Source: an uncultured Pirellulaceae bacterium
Lineage (GTDB): Bacteria > Planctomycetota > Planctomycetia > Pirellulales > Pirellulaceae
DNA: 64,000 nt
Assembly: GCA_937967505.1 (NCBI GenBank)
Contig: CALCJM010000020.1
Location: 2,131-66,130 of the forward strand
Direction: 5' to 3'
Below the pieces are notes generated by a model. It was not told where the DNA came from. It saw nothing but the letters and a program-made list of their open reading frames with translations, and did no database searches. Within the stretch, counting starts at the first letter, position 1, and the number at the start of each line of letters is the position of its first letter. Of this stretch, positions 30,861 to 41,402 are shown piece after piece. The position numbers and the translations under genes were made by a program.

Positions 30861-31183
30861 GACGTTACCTTGCCTTCCAGTTCGGTTTTCTGCTTGTGAG
30901 ACAACCGGCCAACCTTTTCAGGATCGCCAAAGGTGCCGAATTCAGAAAATTTCAACAGCGCCACCATGCCAATAAAGTTCATCAGGCTGTACAACAGCGC
31001 CAGATCCAGAAAATCGTGACGAACAGGATGCTTCAATACGCAAATCACGCAGATCAACAACACTGTTTTAGTGCCGAACATATTGATCGCCAGCACGCGA
31101 TCAAACACCGTCGGGCCCAACATCGCGCGAATCAGCGCCAGCGACATCGTGATGATGATGGATACGGAAGCAACAAGGTACAC
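30857..31183 (-). CDS. mrpF: Mrp antiporter subunit F
   Basis: GPTVFDRVLA and DLALLYSLMNF. Confidence 0.9.
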   Translation of the reverse strand: MYLVASVSIIITMSLALIRAMLGPTVFDRVLAINMFGTKTVLLICVICVLKHPVRHDFLDLALLYSLMNFIGMVALLKFSEFGTFGDPEKVGRLSHKQKTELEGKVTS

Positions 31184-31247
31184 AGAGTTTTCCTTGGGGA
31201 TTCAGAGCAGCAATCACAACCACTGCCGCACTGTTATTGAGTTTGAT

Positions 31248-31721
31248 CTACTGTTCCAGTTTCTGAATTCGCCGATCCATATCGCCGGAGATATCTTCGG
31301 CGGCACCTTCGAACGACAGGGCGTGGACCATAATTTCGTCGCCTTCCATTTTGACCGAAATTGTGCCGGGGGTCAGCGTGATGGCGTTGGCCAGCATGAC
31401 TTTTCCCAACTCGCTTTGTGGACCTGCGGGCACAGTGACGACGTTGCGTTTCAGATTCATTTTGGGCGACAGAATGATTTTGGCGACGTTAATATTGGAG
31501 ATCACAATCTCCTTGAACAGCCACGGCGCAAACTGGATAAACGGGCGAACCCCCATCTGCACCGGCGCTCCTTCTTCATCGACGATTCGCATTCGCCAAG
31601 AGATCCACAGCGAAAACAGCACCGATCCCGCCCCCAGAAAAACCATGAACGGCTCGATGTGCCCCGACCAAAGAAACCAGACCGCCGTCAGTGTCAGCAG
31701 CAGCGAAATGACGTATTTCAT
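31248..31721 (-). CDS. mrpE: Mrp antiporter subunit E
   Basis: ANAITLTPGT and VHAL. Confidence 0.9.
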   Translation of the reverse strand: MKYVISLLLTLTAVWFLWSGHIEPFMVFLGAGSVLFSLWISWRMRIVDEEGAPVQMGVRPFIQFAPWLFKEIVISNINVAKIILSPKMNLKRNVVTVPAGPQSELGKVMLANAITLTPGTISVKMEGDEIMVHALSFEGAAEDISGDMDRRIQKLEQ

Positions 31722-31928
31722 GGCAGCGCGGTTTAAAGGCTCAGGGAAGACGCAAACAGGAAATTCTGTCAGCAAAGCCCGCCAATATAGCCGCGACCGG
31801 GTATCTGTTAAAGGCCGGATTCCACTTGGATCGGGGCGTCCGGTCGCCCGCCACAAAAAAATTGATGCGCACCAGCCCGCAATGCACGCCAGCCCGACTC
31901 GACCCCGCAATTATGCCCGGAGAACATC

Positions 31929-34373
31929 CTACAAGTCATCAATCTCGTCGGTCAGTGAGAAATCATCCGGTTCCGAGTCATCATCGTCCGGTTCCTCAAC
32001 TGATTCACCCATCGTCCGATTGATCTGACTTTCCATCACCGTTTTGTTTGAGTCGATTGACTGCGTCGCCAGAGGTTTCAGGTCCGTCTGCGAAGCGCGA
32101 GATTCATCAGGACCTGCATTGGGCGGATCGGGCAAATTGGCCATGGCCGTCTGCGTGGCTGCCAACCCCTTGGTCTTACGATCGTGTTTTGCCCACCAAC
32201 GGTCGGCCGTTTCGCTATCCCACTGACCGGCATCATTGCATGCGGCCAACTGCCGCGCCAGGTCACGGGCGGTCTGAGGGCGTTTGGAACGATCTTTCTC
32301 AAGGCAGCTCATGATGATCGATTCTAGGTCCTCGGGGAATGCACCCACGATATCCGACGGAGACGCGGGGACTTCTGAAATCTGTTTGTTGCACAATTCG
32401 CGTGTCGAATTGGCGAAAAAAATTGGTTTTCCGGTGGCCAGAAACCACGCGACCGCACCCACCGAATAAATATCGCTACAGGCGTCCACGCTACCGGGGT
32501 TTTGAATGGACTCCGGAGACATATACAGCGGTGTTCCGGCCACCCCGGTAACCGCCCCCATCTCTTCGCGGTCCTGCACCAAACCAAAATCGAGCACTTT
32601 AACCACATCGCTGTCTCCGCCGCGCCGGTTGAGCATAATGTTGGCCGGCTTCACATCGCGATGCACCAGTCCATGGCTGTGTGCCTCGTACAGCGAACGG
32701 CATACCTGTTCGATAATGTGAATAATTCGGGCAGGCTCTTGTGGACCATATTGAGCAACCAGATCCTGAAGCTCGATACCGTCCAAAAACTCCATCGCAT
32801 AATAGAAGACTCCTTCAGGTGTTCTACCAAAATCATAGATCGCAACGGTGTTGGGGTGATTCAACTGACTGGTGATTTGCACCTCGCGCTCAAACCCAGT
32901 GATCGCTCGTTCGGATACCTTGTCCGAATTAATCAACTTGATCGCTGTTGGCCGCCGTAGCATCGCGTGCTTTCCGCGATAGACGACACCCATCGCGCCT
33001 TCGCCCAGTTTCTGCTCAAGCTGATACTGGCCCAATTTTTTGGCCTTGATGGCAGTTTCCCGGGCTTTCTTCTGTAGGCGGGCCACGATAATCGTGAAAG
33101 CAAAGATCGCCACCGACGCGGCGGTCAATAACAGCAGCAATCCCCAAAACGCCCGTTTCAGAATTGTCAGAGGATGATAGGCTTCGGCAACATCTTCTTC
33201 CGTGGTGACACCAAACCCATACTTCGGTAACCACGACCACGCACCGACGACCGGTACGCCCCGGTAGTCATTGTATCCCTCGACATCGACCTCGTTTTCC
33301 CCGCTGACGGCGCTTTCGGCCATGCGAGTCAGCGACTGTTCGGCCCGCCGCACCTTAGGGCGGAACCCCTCGGTCATGTTGCCGCCCGGATCTCGCACCT
33401 GGATTTGTAGCAGCGACCGCGAGTCGTCGGTGTCCTTGATCAATCCCAGCAGGATCAGGTCTTCATCGAAACGACTGTTGGATATCATCACACCATGCCG
33501 ATCAAAGGCGTATGTCTCACCCGATTCTCCGATCCGTCCCAGTTGCAAGATACGGGTAAACTCTTTTTCAGGACGGATCCGAAGTGCCAAACAGGCCACC
33601 ACCTGAAAGTTGTTATCTCTTACCGGGGCCGCCACCAGCATCGTGGGAACCTCCGTTTTGCGGCTTCCCTGTCCATCCTGAATCGCTGCCACACTCAGGA
33701 AGGGGCGCGATACCGTTGGTTCACCATCGACTACTTTGGTCATCCAGTCGATGTAAGCGCGAATGTTTTTCTGCCCAACCAGTTCGGTCTCCGAAGCGGC
33801 GATCACTTCTCCCGCACGATCCAACAACACAAACCCCATGTAGTCCTGAGCCGTTAACGAAGGAGCCAGCAGTTTGGCAAACCGCGACTGGATTCCCTCT
33901 TCACTTCCCGGATCAACCAGATCTCCATCACGGTCATCAACCGGTTCGGTCGCCTCGTCATCCACCTGGATCGCGCCAGTGGGAATAATGGGAGCCTCGC
34001 CCAACATGGTCAGTGTCATGCTTCTGACGTTAATGTTGTTGGCCAATGATTCTGCATTACCTTCCTGTGAAACCAGCCAGGTACGCAGCATGGCGGTTTC
34101 CACATTCAACAGCGTCTGTAGCTCCGATTTGAGGCTGGCCTTCATCGTGGATTCGATCGAATTGTGCACTAACACTCCAATGACAGCCAGCAAAATCGTC
34201 GCCAACAGCGGCCACACCCAAAGATGCCGCGCCAGAAAAGAACCGGTCGATTTAAGACTTTGCGTCAACGTGGCCGATTTGAATGTCATGCCACCTTTGC
34301 CGCTCAGGTTGGTATTGGTGCGCTGATATTTTGGTTTAAATAACTCGTTGGCTTTCACTGCCTTACCCATCAC
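31929..34373 (-). CDS. Membrane Hanks-type Ser/Thr protein kinase with an extracytoplasmic Cache-like sensor domain
   Basis: Two TM helices flanking a domain with YNDYRGVPVVGAW; kinase motifs LGEGAMGVVY, AIK, HRDVKPAN, DFG and GTPLYMSPE. Confidence 0.92.
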   Translation of the reverse strand: MMGKAVKANELFKPKYQRTNTNLSGKGGMTFKSATLTQSLKSTGSFLARHLWVWPLLATILLAVIGVLVHNSIESTMKASLKSELQTLLNVETAMLRTWLVSQEGNAESLANNINVRSMTLTMLGEAPIIPTGAIQVDDEATEPVDDRDGDLVDPGSEEGIQSRFAKLLAPSLTAQDYMGFVLLDRAGEVIAASETELVGQKNIRAYIDWMTKVVDGEPTVSRPFLSVAAIQDGQGSRKTEVPTMLVAAPVRDNNFQVVACLALRIRPEKEFTRILQLGRIGESGETYAFDRHGVMISNSRFDEDLILLGLIKDTDDSRSLLQIQVRDPGGNMTEGFRPKVRRAEQSLTRMAESAVSGENEVDVEGYNDYRGVPVVGAWSWLPKYGFGVTTEEDVAEAYHPLTILKRAFWGLLLLLTAASVAIFAFTIIVARLQKKARETAIKAKKLGQYQLEQKLGEGAMGVVYRGKHAMLRRPTAIKLINSDKVSERAITGFEREVQITSQLNHPNTVAIYDFGRTPEGVFYYAMEFLDGIELQDLVAQYGPQEPARIIHIIEQVCRSLYEAHSHGLVHRDVKPANIMLNRRGGDSDVVKVLDFGLVQDREEMGAVTGVAGTPLYMSPESIQNPGSVDACSDIYSVGAVAWFLATGKPIFFANSTRELCNKQISEVPASPSDIVGAFPEDLESIIMSCLEKDRSKRPQTARDLARQLAACNDAGQWDSETADRWWAKHDRKTKGLAATQTAMANLPDPPNAGPDESRASQTDLKPLATQSIDSNKTVMESQINRTMGESVEEPDDDDSEPDDFSLTDEIDDL

Positions 34374-34505
34374 TTAACGTACGGCTGATTTGATTGAAGG
34401 GAGGTTTGGTTCCGTTTCCTTGTGCAAGCCCCCAATATAGTTACCAGAGCACCTACCGGTGGCGATTCCCGGGGAAAAGATACGATTCCTGATCGTCGCA
34501 GGCCG

Positions 34506-34592
34506 TAAGGCGACTGGCGGTTAGGAATTTACCATCCGTTGGCGACGCTGGCAGCATCGCCAACGGTAAGCTTTCAACTGCCAATCGCCTAA
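34506..34592 (+). mobile_element. Palindromic MITE-like element, copy 2 (minimal 87 bp form)
   Basis: TAAGGCGACTGGCGGTT...AACTGCCAATCGCCTAA, an imperfect palindrome over its full length. Confidence 0.75.
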
Positions 34593-34643
34593 ATACCCGG
34601 CTGGCCCAAAAGATAGTCAAAAAAGATGGTCAAAAACGATCTT

Positions 34644-35696
34644 TCAGAGATCGCCACCGGTAACCGTGCGCCCGTCCGCCGCACCGCCCAGACGCTGCAC
34701 CACACGATTCGTCGTGTCCCGATCGAGCCCAAGAACCGATCCGTCGCAACGCACAAAATTTACGGTCGTGTGCGCCGACCCAAATTGATAAAACCGCGAA
34801 TCTTTACTGGTCCCAAAATTGGACGCAAATCCGTAGCCCTTGCCAAACGTCACCGCACCACCGCCCAGCACCCAATTCCACCGCCGGTCTTCATTGCGGT
34901 TGTCTCCCACACTTTCACCGAATAACAGCGTATTGGCCGAACCATCCCTAATCCGTTCCACCGCGTCTGCCTCGCGGTTTCTCAAGGGACCATAAAAGCC
35001 CTGCCAGTTCTCGTGCCCTCCTCCCGGAGATGTCGTGACCGCGATCGCGCCAATATTGGCGACGTAATTGGTCAAACCAAATTCGGGATCGGCCGCTAGG
35101 TCTTCCTCCGATTCCGGACCGGCCTTCAGTACAAACGTGGTCACGTCAGCATCGTTTCCATAAACAAGAATCGCAAACGCTTCCCGACGGGTCGCTGGAA
35201 TATCCGACGGGCACAGCCAAGCAGCCGGTTGTTCAGACAAACCATGGACCACTCCCGAACCGCGACCGGGCCCGGTTGAACCGTCTTGCCCATTAAGCCA
35301 GTTAAACGCCGGTGCCCCCAAAGAGTATCCGCCATCAACCAGCACCCTCCGCCGGTCGGCCGCCAGCGGATCCAGACGGCCGAACAGATTGCGCAGTTCA
35401 ATAAACGGCATGATCGCAACAAGGGCCGATGTCCCCTGATGCTCGTTGAGCGCTGCCACCGCCTGATCGCGCGTCGGGTTACCGCCTTCGCCCAGCGTGG
35501 CAGGCGGGAACGTCATATGGGCCGATTCATAATTTAACGCAGCAAGACCTATCTGTTTCAGGTTATTCATGCACTCCGTACGTCGCGCCGCGGCCCGGAC
35601 CTGTTGCACCGCCGGCAGCAACATGCCGATCAAGATACCGATGACGGCAACCACCACCAGCAATTCGACAAGCGTGAATCCGGCTCGTTTGGACAT
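34644..35696 (-). CDS. DUF1559 prepilin-type protein
   Basis: [34 protein letters not shown]...[11 protein letters not shown]; C-terminal H...NFVRCDGSV. Confidence 0.93.
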   Translation of the reverse strand: MSKRAGFTLVELLVVVAVIGILIGMLLPAVQQVRAAARRTECMNNLKQIGLAALNYESAHMTFPPATLGEGGNPTRDQAVAALNEHQGTSALVAIMPFIELRNLFGRLDPLAADRRRVLVDGGYSLGAPAFNWLNGQDGSTGPGRGSGVVHGLSEQPAAWLCPSDIPATRREAFAILVYGNDADVTTFVLKAGPESEEDLAADPEFGLTNYVANIGAIAVTTSPGGGHENWQGFYGPLRNREADAVERIRDGSANTLLFGESVGDNRNEDRRWNWVLGGGAVTFGKGYGFASNFGTSKDSRFYQFGSAHTTVNFVRCDGSVLGLDRDTTNRVVQRLGGAADGRTVTGGDL

Positions 35697-35772
35697 CTGC
35701 GCGACCGACGGGATAAAGAATACGGAGAATACAGAGAATACGGTTGGATAAAGAATACGTCCGCAAAACAAA

Positions 35773-35976
35773 CTACTCGGGATCAACCGACCGGAAATTC
35801 GCGTCAACGCGATTTCCGGGGCCTTCAATTTCTACTGCCGCCGGAGCCGGTGCGGCTGGTGTTTTCTCAACGTCGCGCTCCGCGCCGCAACCCAATGCCA
35901 TGACCAAACCTGTTGCGGTCAACCATAGACTGGCGCATCGACGAAAGATTGGGGCTGGCGAAGCACAGTATTTCAT
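35773..35976 (-). CDS. Small putative lipoprotein upstream of the DUF1559 gene
   Basis: ...GLVMALG-C lipobox and a Pro/Ala-rich tail. Confidence 0.5.
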   Translation of the reverse strand: MKYCASPAPIFRRCASLWLTATGLVMALGCGAERDVEKTPAAPAPAAVEIEGPGNRVDANFRSVDPE

Positions 35977-36098
35977 AATTTGACCGGAAGAGAGGGGAGA
36001 TTGACGAACCCGGAGACTCGGGTGGTTTCTCAATCTTCTTCGGTAATCCCCCCGAAGTCAAACAGAAACCCAAGATTCGCAACCTGACACAACTTGCA

Positions 36099-37124
36099 CT
36101 ACTTGCTGTCTCCCGAGTGATTGCCTGTCGGCTCTTTTTGAACCGGACGCTCCGAATTGGCCCACTGGGCCATCGAATCATCGTAGATACTCACGTCTTC
36201 AAATTCCAGAATAACCCCCAGTACGAACCACGGCATGGCGGCGTGTAAACCTTCGTTGCAATAGGCGATTACGGGGCGATTCGCCTCGCCCATCGCACCA
36301 TGTGTCAAACCTTTGTCGGCATACAGCGCCCTTAATTCGACCGCCGATTTGAAAGTGCCGTCGGCGTTCAGGTTGTCTTTCCACGGTACGTTGATGGCCC
36401 CCGGAATGTGTCCACTTTTTTGATGTGGCTTGCCGGTGTGAAAAACCACGCCCGGTTTCTCCCCGGTAAATTGCTCGACCGGCCGACCATCAATCAGATA
36501 CCCCGACGACGTGTCAACGATTTTGGCCACGCGCTGCGCATCGGCCCGCAGGCGCTTATGCTCGGTCGCCACCCGATAGCGCGTCGGCACGATGTCAGGA
36601 ACAGCAGTGGTCGCCGAACGGTTACCGGACCACGCGCCCCAACCGCCGTCCAGAACCTGAACCCGATCATGCCCCCACACTTTCAATGTCCAGTACATCC
36701 TCGTGGACAATCGACTGGCAAACCGGTCGTACACGACGATGTGCGAGTCATTCGCAACGCCCAGTCGGCTCATCAATGCCGTCATCGATTTCAGGTCCAG
36801 TAGATTGTATCGATCGGGAGAGTGCGGATCGGTAATGTCTTTGATCCAATCGACATAGCGCGCTCCCGGCACATGCCCCTGATCATAACTCTCACGTTTG
36901 GCACCTATCTCTAGGATGATGATTTCATCACCGGAGGCCAGCGCGTCGGCCAGTTCAGTGGCCGACGCAAGCGCCGCGAGTGTGCTACCGGCCACATCGG
37001 CTCCCGATTGTTGCGGCACATCGACCGCCTGCGGGATAGCAGTCTGTCCCAAGCCGGTGCCGGGACAACACCAACACGATAGAACCACCGCGCATTTCAT
37101 CGCTGTAAAAATCGGCCAATTCAT
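36099..37124 (-). CDS. Exported tandem-rhodanese sulfurtransferase
   Basis: GHVPGA, LDGG, GHIPGA and active-site loop YCNEGLHA; signal-like N-terminus. Confidence 0.88.
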   Translation of the reverse strand: MNWPIFTAMKCAVVLSCWCCPGTGLGQTAIPQAVDVPQQSGADVAGSTLAALASATELADALASGDEIIILEIGAKRESYDQGHVPGARYVDWIKDITDPHSPDRYNLLDLKSMTALMSRLGVANDSHIVVYDRFASRLSTRMYWTLKVWGHDRVQVLDGGWGAWSGNRSATTAVPDIVPTRYRVATEHKRLRADAQRVAKIVDTSSGYLIDGRPVEQFTGEKPGVVFHTGKPHQKSGHIPGAINVPWKDNLNADGTFKSAVELRALYADKGLTHGAMGEANRPVIAYCNEGLHAAMPWFVLGVILEFEDVSIYDDSMAQWANSERPVQKEPTGNHSGDSK

Positions 37125-37276
37125 GCTTTTCCATCCTGACCTGAAGGTTCCGGGGAAACAAATCTGCGACGCGCCATCAATCTACCAGAACCCCATCCCG
37201 GATTCCAGCAATCACGCGATTGGGATAAAACTTCGACTGCAAAGACCAGAAAAATCAACTGCCAAACGCCCTTTCC

Positions 37277-38221
37277 ATGCAAATCCTCAACAGCCTTGTT
37301 CCGATTTTTTCTGTGATTGCGTTGGGAATGGTGTTGCGGCGGCGGGAGTTTCTAAGTGCCGAAACGACGCAGACATTTAACCGATTTGCCTATTTTTTCG
37401 CACTGCCCGCGTTTTTGTTCTACAAACTGGCCAGCGCCACGTCCGGCTCAGGGTCAGCCAATCTGATTCTCAATACCCTGTTGACGACAGTTGTGTTAAC
37501 CGCAGCAGTTGGCTGGTTAACCACATGGATTTTTAAAATTCCATCCCACGTGCGCGGCGCGATGATTCAGGCGTCCTTTCGAGGAAATCTAGCGTTTATC
37601 GGACTGCCATTGGTCCTGTTCAGGATCTATGACCTGCCGATCGATCACAAAATGGCGCTCGAATCGGCGGTTCTGTTGGCACTGACGCCAGTCGTATTGT
37701 TTTTCAACGTGGGATCGGTGGTGGCGTTAGCAGTCTACAATCAGAAAACCGAATCCGCTATTTCGTTTGGCGCTCTGGCCGGAGCGATTGCCAAGAACCC
37801 CTTGATCTGGGCCTGTATAGGAGGAGCATTATTTCAGGGCATGGCATGGCCGTTGCCTACCGCAGTCGTTCGTACTTGCGAGGTCATCGGGGCGTCGGCA
37901 TTCCCGATGGCATTGCTTGGTATCGGCAGTCAACTGGTTTCGATTTCCGTGCGAGGCGACTGGTCGCGCGCGCTGCTACCGACGGCGATCAAGTGCATCA
38001 TCTGTCCGCTGCTGGGATGGAGCGTGGGAAGTTGGATCGGACTGTCAGGAATTGAATTGCAAGTCACCCTGATTTTGTGCGCCGCGCCAACAGCAGTTTC
38101 CAGTTACGTACTGGCCGAACAAATGGACGGTGATGCCGACCTGGCCGCCAGCGCCGTCGTAATCTGCACGGCATTCTCGTTGTTAACGTTGAGCATTTTG
38201 CTAACCTTGACGGGCGGTTGA
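37277..38221 (+). CDS. AEC (auxin efflux carrier) family transporter
   Basis: RGNLAFIGLP, KNPLI and PTAVSSYVLA. Confidence 0.9.
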   Translation: MQILNSLVPIFSVIALGMVLRRREFLSAETTQTFNRFAYFFALPAFLFYKLASATSGSGSANLILNTLLTTVVLTAAVGWLTTWIFKIPSHVRGAMIQASFRGNLAFIGLPLVLFRIYDLPIDHKMALESAVLLALTPVVLFFNVGSVVALAVYNQKTESAISFGALAGAIAKNPLIWACIGGALFQGMAWPLPTAVVRTCEVIGASAFPMALLGIGSQLVSISVRGDWSRALLPTAIKCIICPLLGWSVGSWIGLSGIELQVTLILCAAPTAVSSYVLAEQMDGDADLAASAVVICTAFSLLTLSILLTLTGG

Positions 38222-38310
38222 CCGGCAGATGAAAACGGACCCTAACATCCAGTACCCGGTACTCGCAAGCCTTAACAAAAAATCCTTCCACAGCCATCCG
38301 ATATGGACCT

Positions 38311-38497
38311 AGCTCTTTACGAGCATACGAATCGGGAACGGAACCCATGCCTGTCGCCGGTCGTAAAGACATCGCGCTGAATTGGGACAGTACTCCTGCA
38401 CTGGTGATCGAAACGATCGAAGTCTCAATATCGCCGTTTAATCAAGTGAATGAATCGTTTGCCCTAGCTGAAGGCGAGAATAAAACACTGGAGAGCT
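38311..38497 (+). pseudogene. Internal fragment of an ASCH-domain gene
   Basis: SSLRAYESGTEPMPVAG...PALVIET...PFNQVNESFALAEGE fits the core of YhfF-like ASCH proteins; both termini are missing. Confidence 0.6.
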
Positions 38498-38525
38498 GTC
38501 TGGCGAAGGCCAGAGGTGCGCCGCC

Positions 38526-39797
38526 TTATTCCTTGCCGTTTTCAGAATCCTCCTTCTTTTCGGCGGGCCGGTGCGTCAATGGGGATGACTGGTCCAGTCG
38601 CGGATGACTGTCGCGCAGGTAATCGGCGGTAATTCCCGAGCCACCATTCATTCCGTCCATGTGCCGCAGCGTTTGGTAGATGGCGTGGATTGCCGCATCG
38701 ACATCGCCAGTGTGCCCGGATTCGGAAATCGTATGCATGTTGCGGATCGGAAATCCAATCGATGTACAGGCCGAATCGATCGCCGCCAAAACAGCCGCCA
38801 TCGCATCGGTGCCCGTGTCGCGACCGGCCAGTTCATGCTGAACCGGAATATCGTGTTCCAGAGAGACGGCTGTGATCATGCTGTTGAGCGCTGCGCTGGT
38901 GACCGCACCGTGGGTCAACGTGTAACCTGCGCCCATTGCGACCGGTTCGTAGCGGCGGTCACCGATCCCCGGTGCGGCAACAAAATCATGAGCCACATCG
39001 ACGGCGATCGTGACGTCAGGACGAAAGTGTTCGGCCAGCACGCGGCTGCCAAACCGACCGATCTCTTCATGCGATGCAAACGCGCCCAGATACCTGACAT
39101 TTTTCAGCGCGGACGATTCGGCAATCAACCGGGCAATTTCTGCCGTCACAAAACAGCCCAACCCGTTATCTAAGTAGGCTCCCGAAAACGTGTCGGGAGA
39201 GAAGCCACGTTCGATGGGGCGATCGTAGATAATCGGGTCGCCAGGACGAATGCCCAGAGCCTCAATTTGCCCCTTTTTATCTTCACCGTGAATGTGTAGT
39301 TCAAGGTACAGCATTTTGGTTTTGATGCCGTCGTCACCGCTGCGCAGTTTGGGGTCGGCGAAGTGGATCGCACCAATTGCCTCGATCGTGCCACCCTTGA
39401 TTTCCCGCCAGTCGCCGGGGCTGTCGGGATCTTCGCTGAACAGTTTGACCTTGTGACCGATCAGTGTCGTGGGCAACATGGAATCGGAGTTGACCCAAAT
39501 CTTTCCGTCATCGCCAATGCTGCGTACCTGCATGCGAATTTTGTCGGCGTGTCCGATCACCATGACTGAAAATGCGTCGTCATCACCGGGACGCGTATCC
39601 AACACCGTGCCAGCATTGCCCTTGAAAGAATGAATGGCCCAATCATCAGGCATAAACGACTTTAAAAACGGTTCCAGAATGCCTCTGGTCATGGATGCTT
39701 CCAGACCGATGGGGCTTGGCGCGTCGAGAATCTCACGCATTAGCCGGAATCGCTCGGGGGACATGGGTTGCTGCCAAGGTGGGGTTGATTCGCTCAT
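38526..39797 (-). CDS. M42 family metallo-aminopeptidase
   Basis: GHADKI, LDNGLG, HEEIG, DV, GTDA and RNMHT. Confidence 0.88.
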   Translation of the reverse strand: MSESTPPWQQPMSPERFRLMREILDAPSPIGLEASMTRGILEPFLKSFMPDDWAIHSFKGNAGTVLDTRPGDDDAFSVMVIGHADKIRMQVRSIGDDGKIWVNSDSMLPTTLIGHKVKLFSEDPDSPGDWREIKGGTIEAIGAIHFADPKLRSGDDGIKTKMLYLELHIHGEDKKGQIEALGIRPGDPIIYDRPIERGFSPDTFSGAYLDNGLGCFVTAEIARLIAESSALKNVRYLGAFASHEEIGRFGSRVLAEHFRPDVTIAVDVAHDFVAAPGIGDRRYEPVAMGAGYTLTHGAVTSAALNSMITAVSLEHDIPVQHELAGRDTGTDAMAAVLAAIDSACTSIGFPIRNMHTISESGHTGDVDAAIHAIYQTLRHMDGMNGGSGITADYLRDSHPRLDQSSPLTHRPAEKKEDSENGKE

Positions 39798-40032
39798 GGT
39801 CGCTGTGAAAAAATTAGGTCAGTTGTTTTTGCGGTTTATCGAACTCGAACCCAATTTATAACCCAATCTACCCCGTCAACGTAGCAGGGCAGAAAATTGT
39901 GAGAAAACGGACAGAGAAAATGGTGACCGGCAACAATCGACATTTTCGTTAATCCTGAGAAACTCTTGCCCGAATCATTCGTTAAACGAGTTATAAATAT
40001 CCACTAGGCTCATTCCTTCTTTTGGCATCCCC

Positions 40033-41316
40033 ATGCAACTTTATCGCATTCTCTTTCTGGCTCTGATTTCTGCTGGCATCTTCGGTTTGACTGCCAACCG
40101 CGCAAACGCTACCTGCGCACTGGATTGGCCTCAGTATCGCGGTCCTGCTGCCGACGGAATCGCGGCGGCCGTCGACGGCGCAATTGATCCGGCTGGAGAG
40201 TTTGAGGTTCACTGGAAAGTACCGACGGCACTTGGATTCAGCTCGTTTTCAATCGCCAATGGCCGCGTGTTCACATTGATCGCTGAACAAGATGCGGAAG
40301 TTCTGTTGGCACTGGACGAGACATCGGGTGCGGAGATTTGGCGAGCCCAATTGGGTTCCAACAAGTACCGTGGTGGAGGCGGAGCCGGAGCGCCAAACAA
40401 TCGCGGCGGCGACGGTCCACGTACGACGCCAACGGTCGATGGCGACAGGGTTTACGTTTACGACGCGGCGATGAACCTGGTTTGCTTTGATGCGACCGAC
40501 GGTTCGGAAGTGTGGCGACACAGTATCATCACGGAGTTTTCCGGACGCAAGATTGCTTGGGAAAATGCGACCGCACCGATCACCAACGACAGGTTGCTGT
40601 TCGTTTCCGGTGGTGGAGCGGGGCAATCGTTGCTGGCCTTCGACAAGACGACCGGTAAAATTGCTTGGAAAACAGGCGATGAAAAAATGACTCACGCCAC
40701 CCCCGTGCTGCGGACTATTAACGATAATCCGCAAGTGATCTTCTTCATGCAGTCGGGGCTAATTTCGGTCCGCCCCGACGACGGCAAAGAACTCTGGCGC
40801 ACACCGTTTCCCTTCCGCGTTTCATCCGCCGCATCGCCGGTGGTGGAAAACGATCTCGTGTATTGTTCGGCCGGATACGGGATGGGTGCGGGGCTGTTTC
40901 GCGTCAATGACACCGCCACACCCGAAAAGATTTGGACGAAGCCCAATCGTCTGATGAATCACTGGAGCACACCAGTGGTTGTCGATGGTCATCTGTACGG
41001 GATTTACAAGGTCAAAAAGTATGGCAAAGCGCCACTGCAATGTGTTGAACTGAAAACGGGTGAAATTAAATGGTCACAGAATAATTTCGGCCCTGGTAAT
41101 TGTATTCTGGTCGGGGACAAACTGGCGGTGCTGTCTGATGCGGGCGCACTGGTGGTCGTGAAAGCCAGCCCCGATCAATACACCGAACTGGCTCGACAGA
41201 AAGTGCTGAAGGGCAAGTGCTGGTCAACGCCGGCGTTCAGCGATGGAAAAATTTATATTCGCAGCACCGAAGAAGGCGCCTGCGTCAGTTTCAAGCCAGT
41301 CTCGAATGACCATTGA
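40033..41316 (+). CDS. Exported PQQ-like beta-propeller protein
   Basis: Signal peptide, DWPQYRGP and repeated GxxxW blades. Confidence 0.88.
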   Translation: MQLYRILFLALISAGIFGLTANRANATCALDWPQYRGPAADGIAAAVDGAIDPAGEFEVHWKVPTALGFSSFSIANGRVFTLIAEQDAEVLLALDETSGAEIWRAQLGSNKYRGGGGAGAPNNRGGDGPRTTPTVDGDRVYVYDAAMNLVCFDATDGSEVWRHSIITEFSGRKIAWENATAPITNDRLLFVSGGGAGQSLLAFDKTTGKIAWKTGDEKMTHATPVLRTINDNPQVIFFMQSGLISVRPDDGKELWRTPFPFRVSSAASPVVENDLVYCSAGYGMGAGLFRVNDTATPEKIWTKPNRLMNHWSTPVVVDGHLYGIYKVKKYGKAPLQCVELKTGEIKWSQNNFGPGNCILVGDKLAVLSDAGALVVVKASPDQYTELARQKVLKGKCWSTPAFSDGKIYIRSTEEGACVSFKPVSNDH

Positions 41317-41402
41317 TTCGTGGCCATTAACAAATGACACTTTCTTGCCTCGTTTTATTAACGGGCGGTGCAATTCAAAAATCCACACGCCTTCAAGGTG
41401 CC

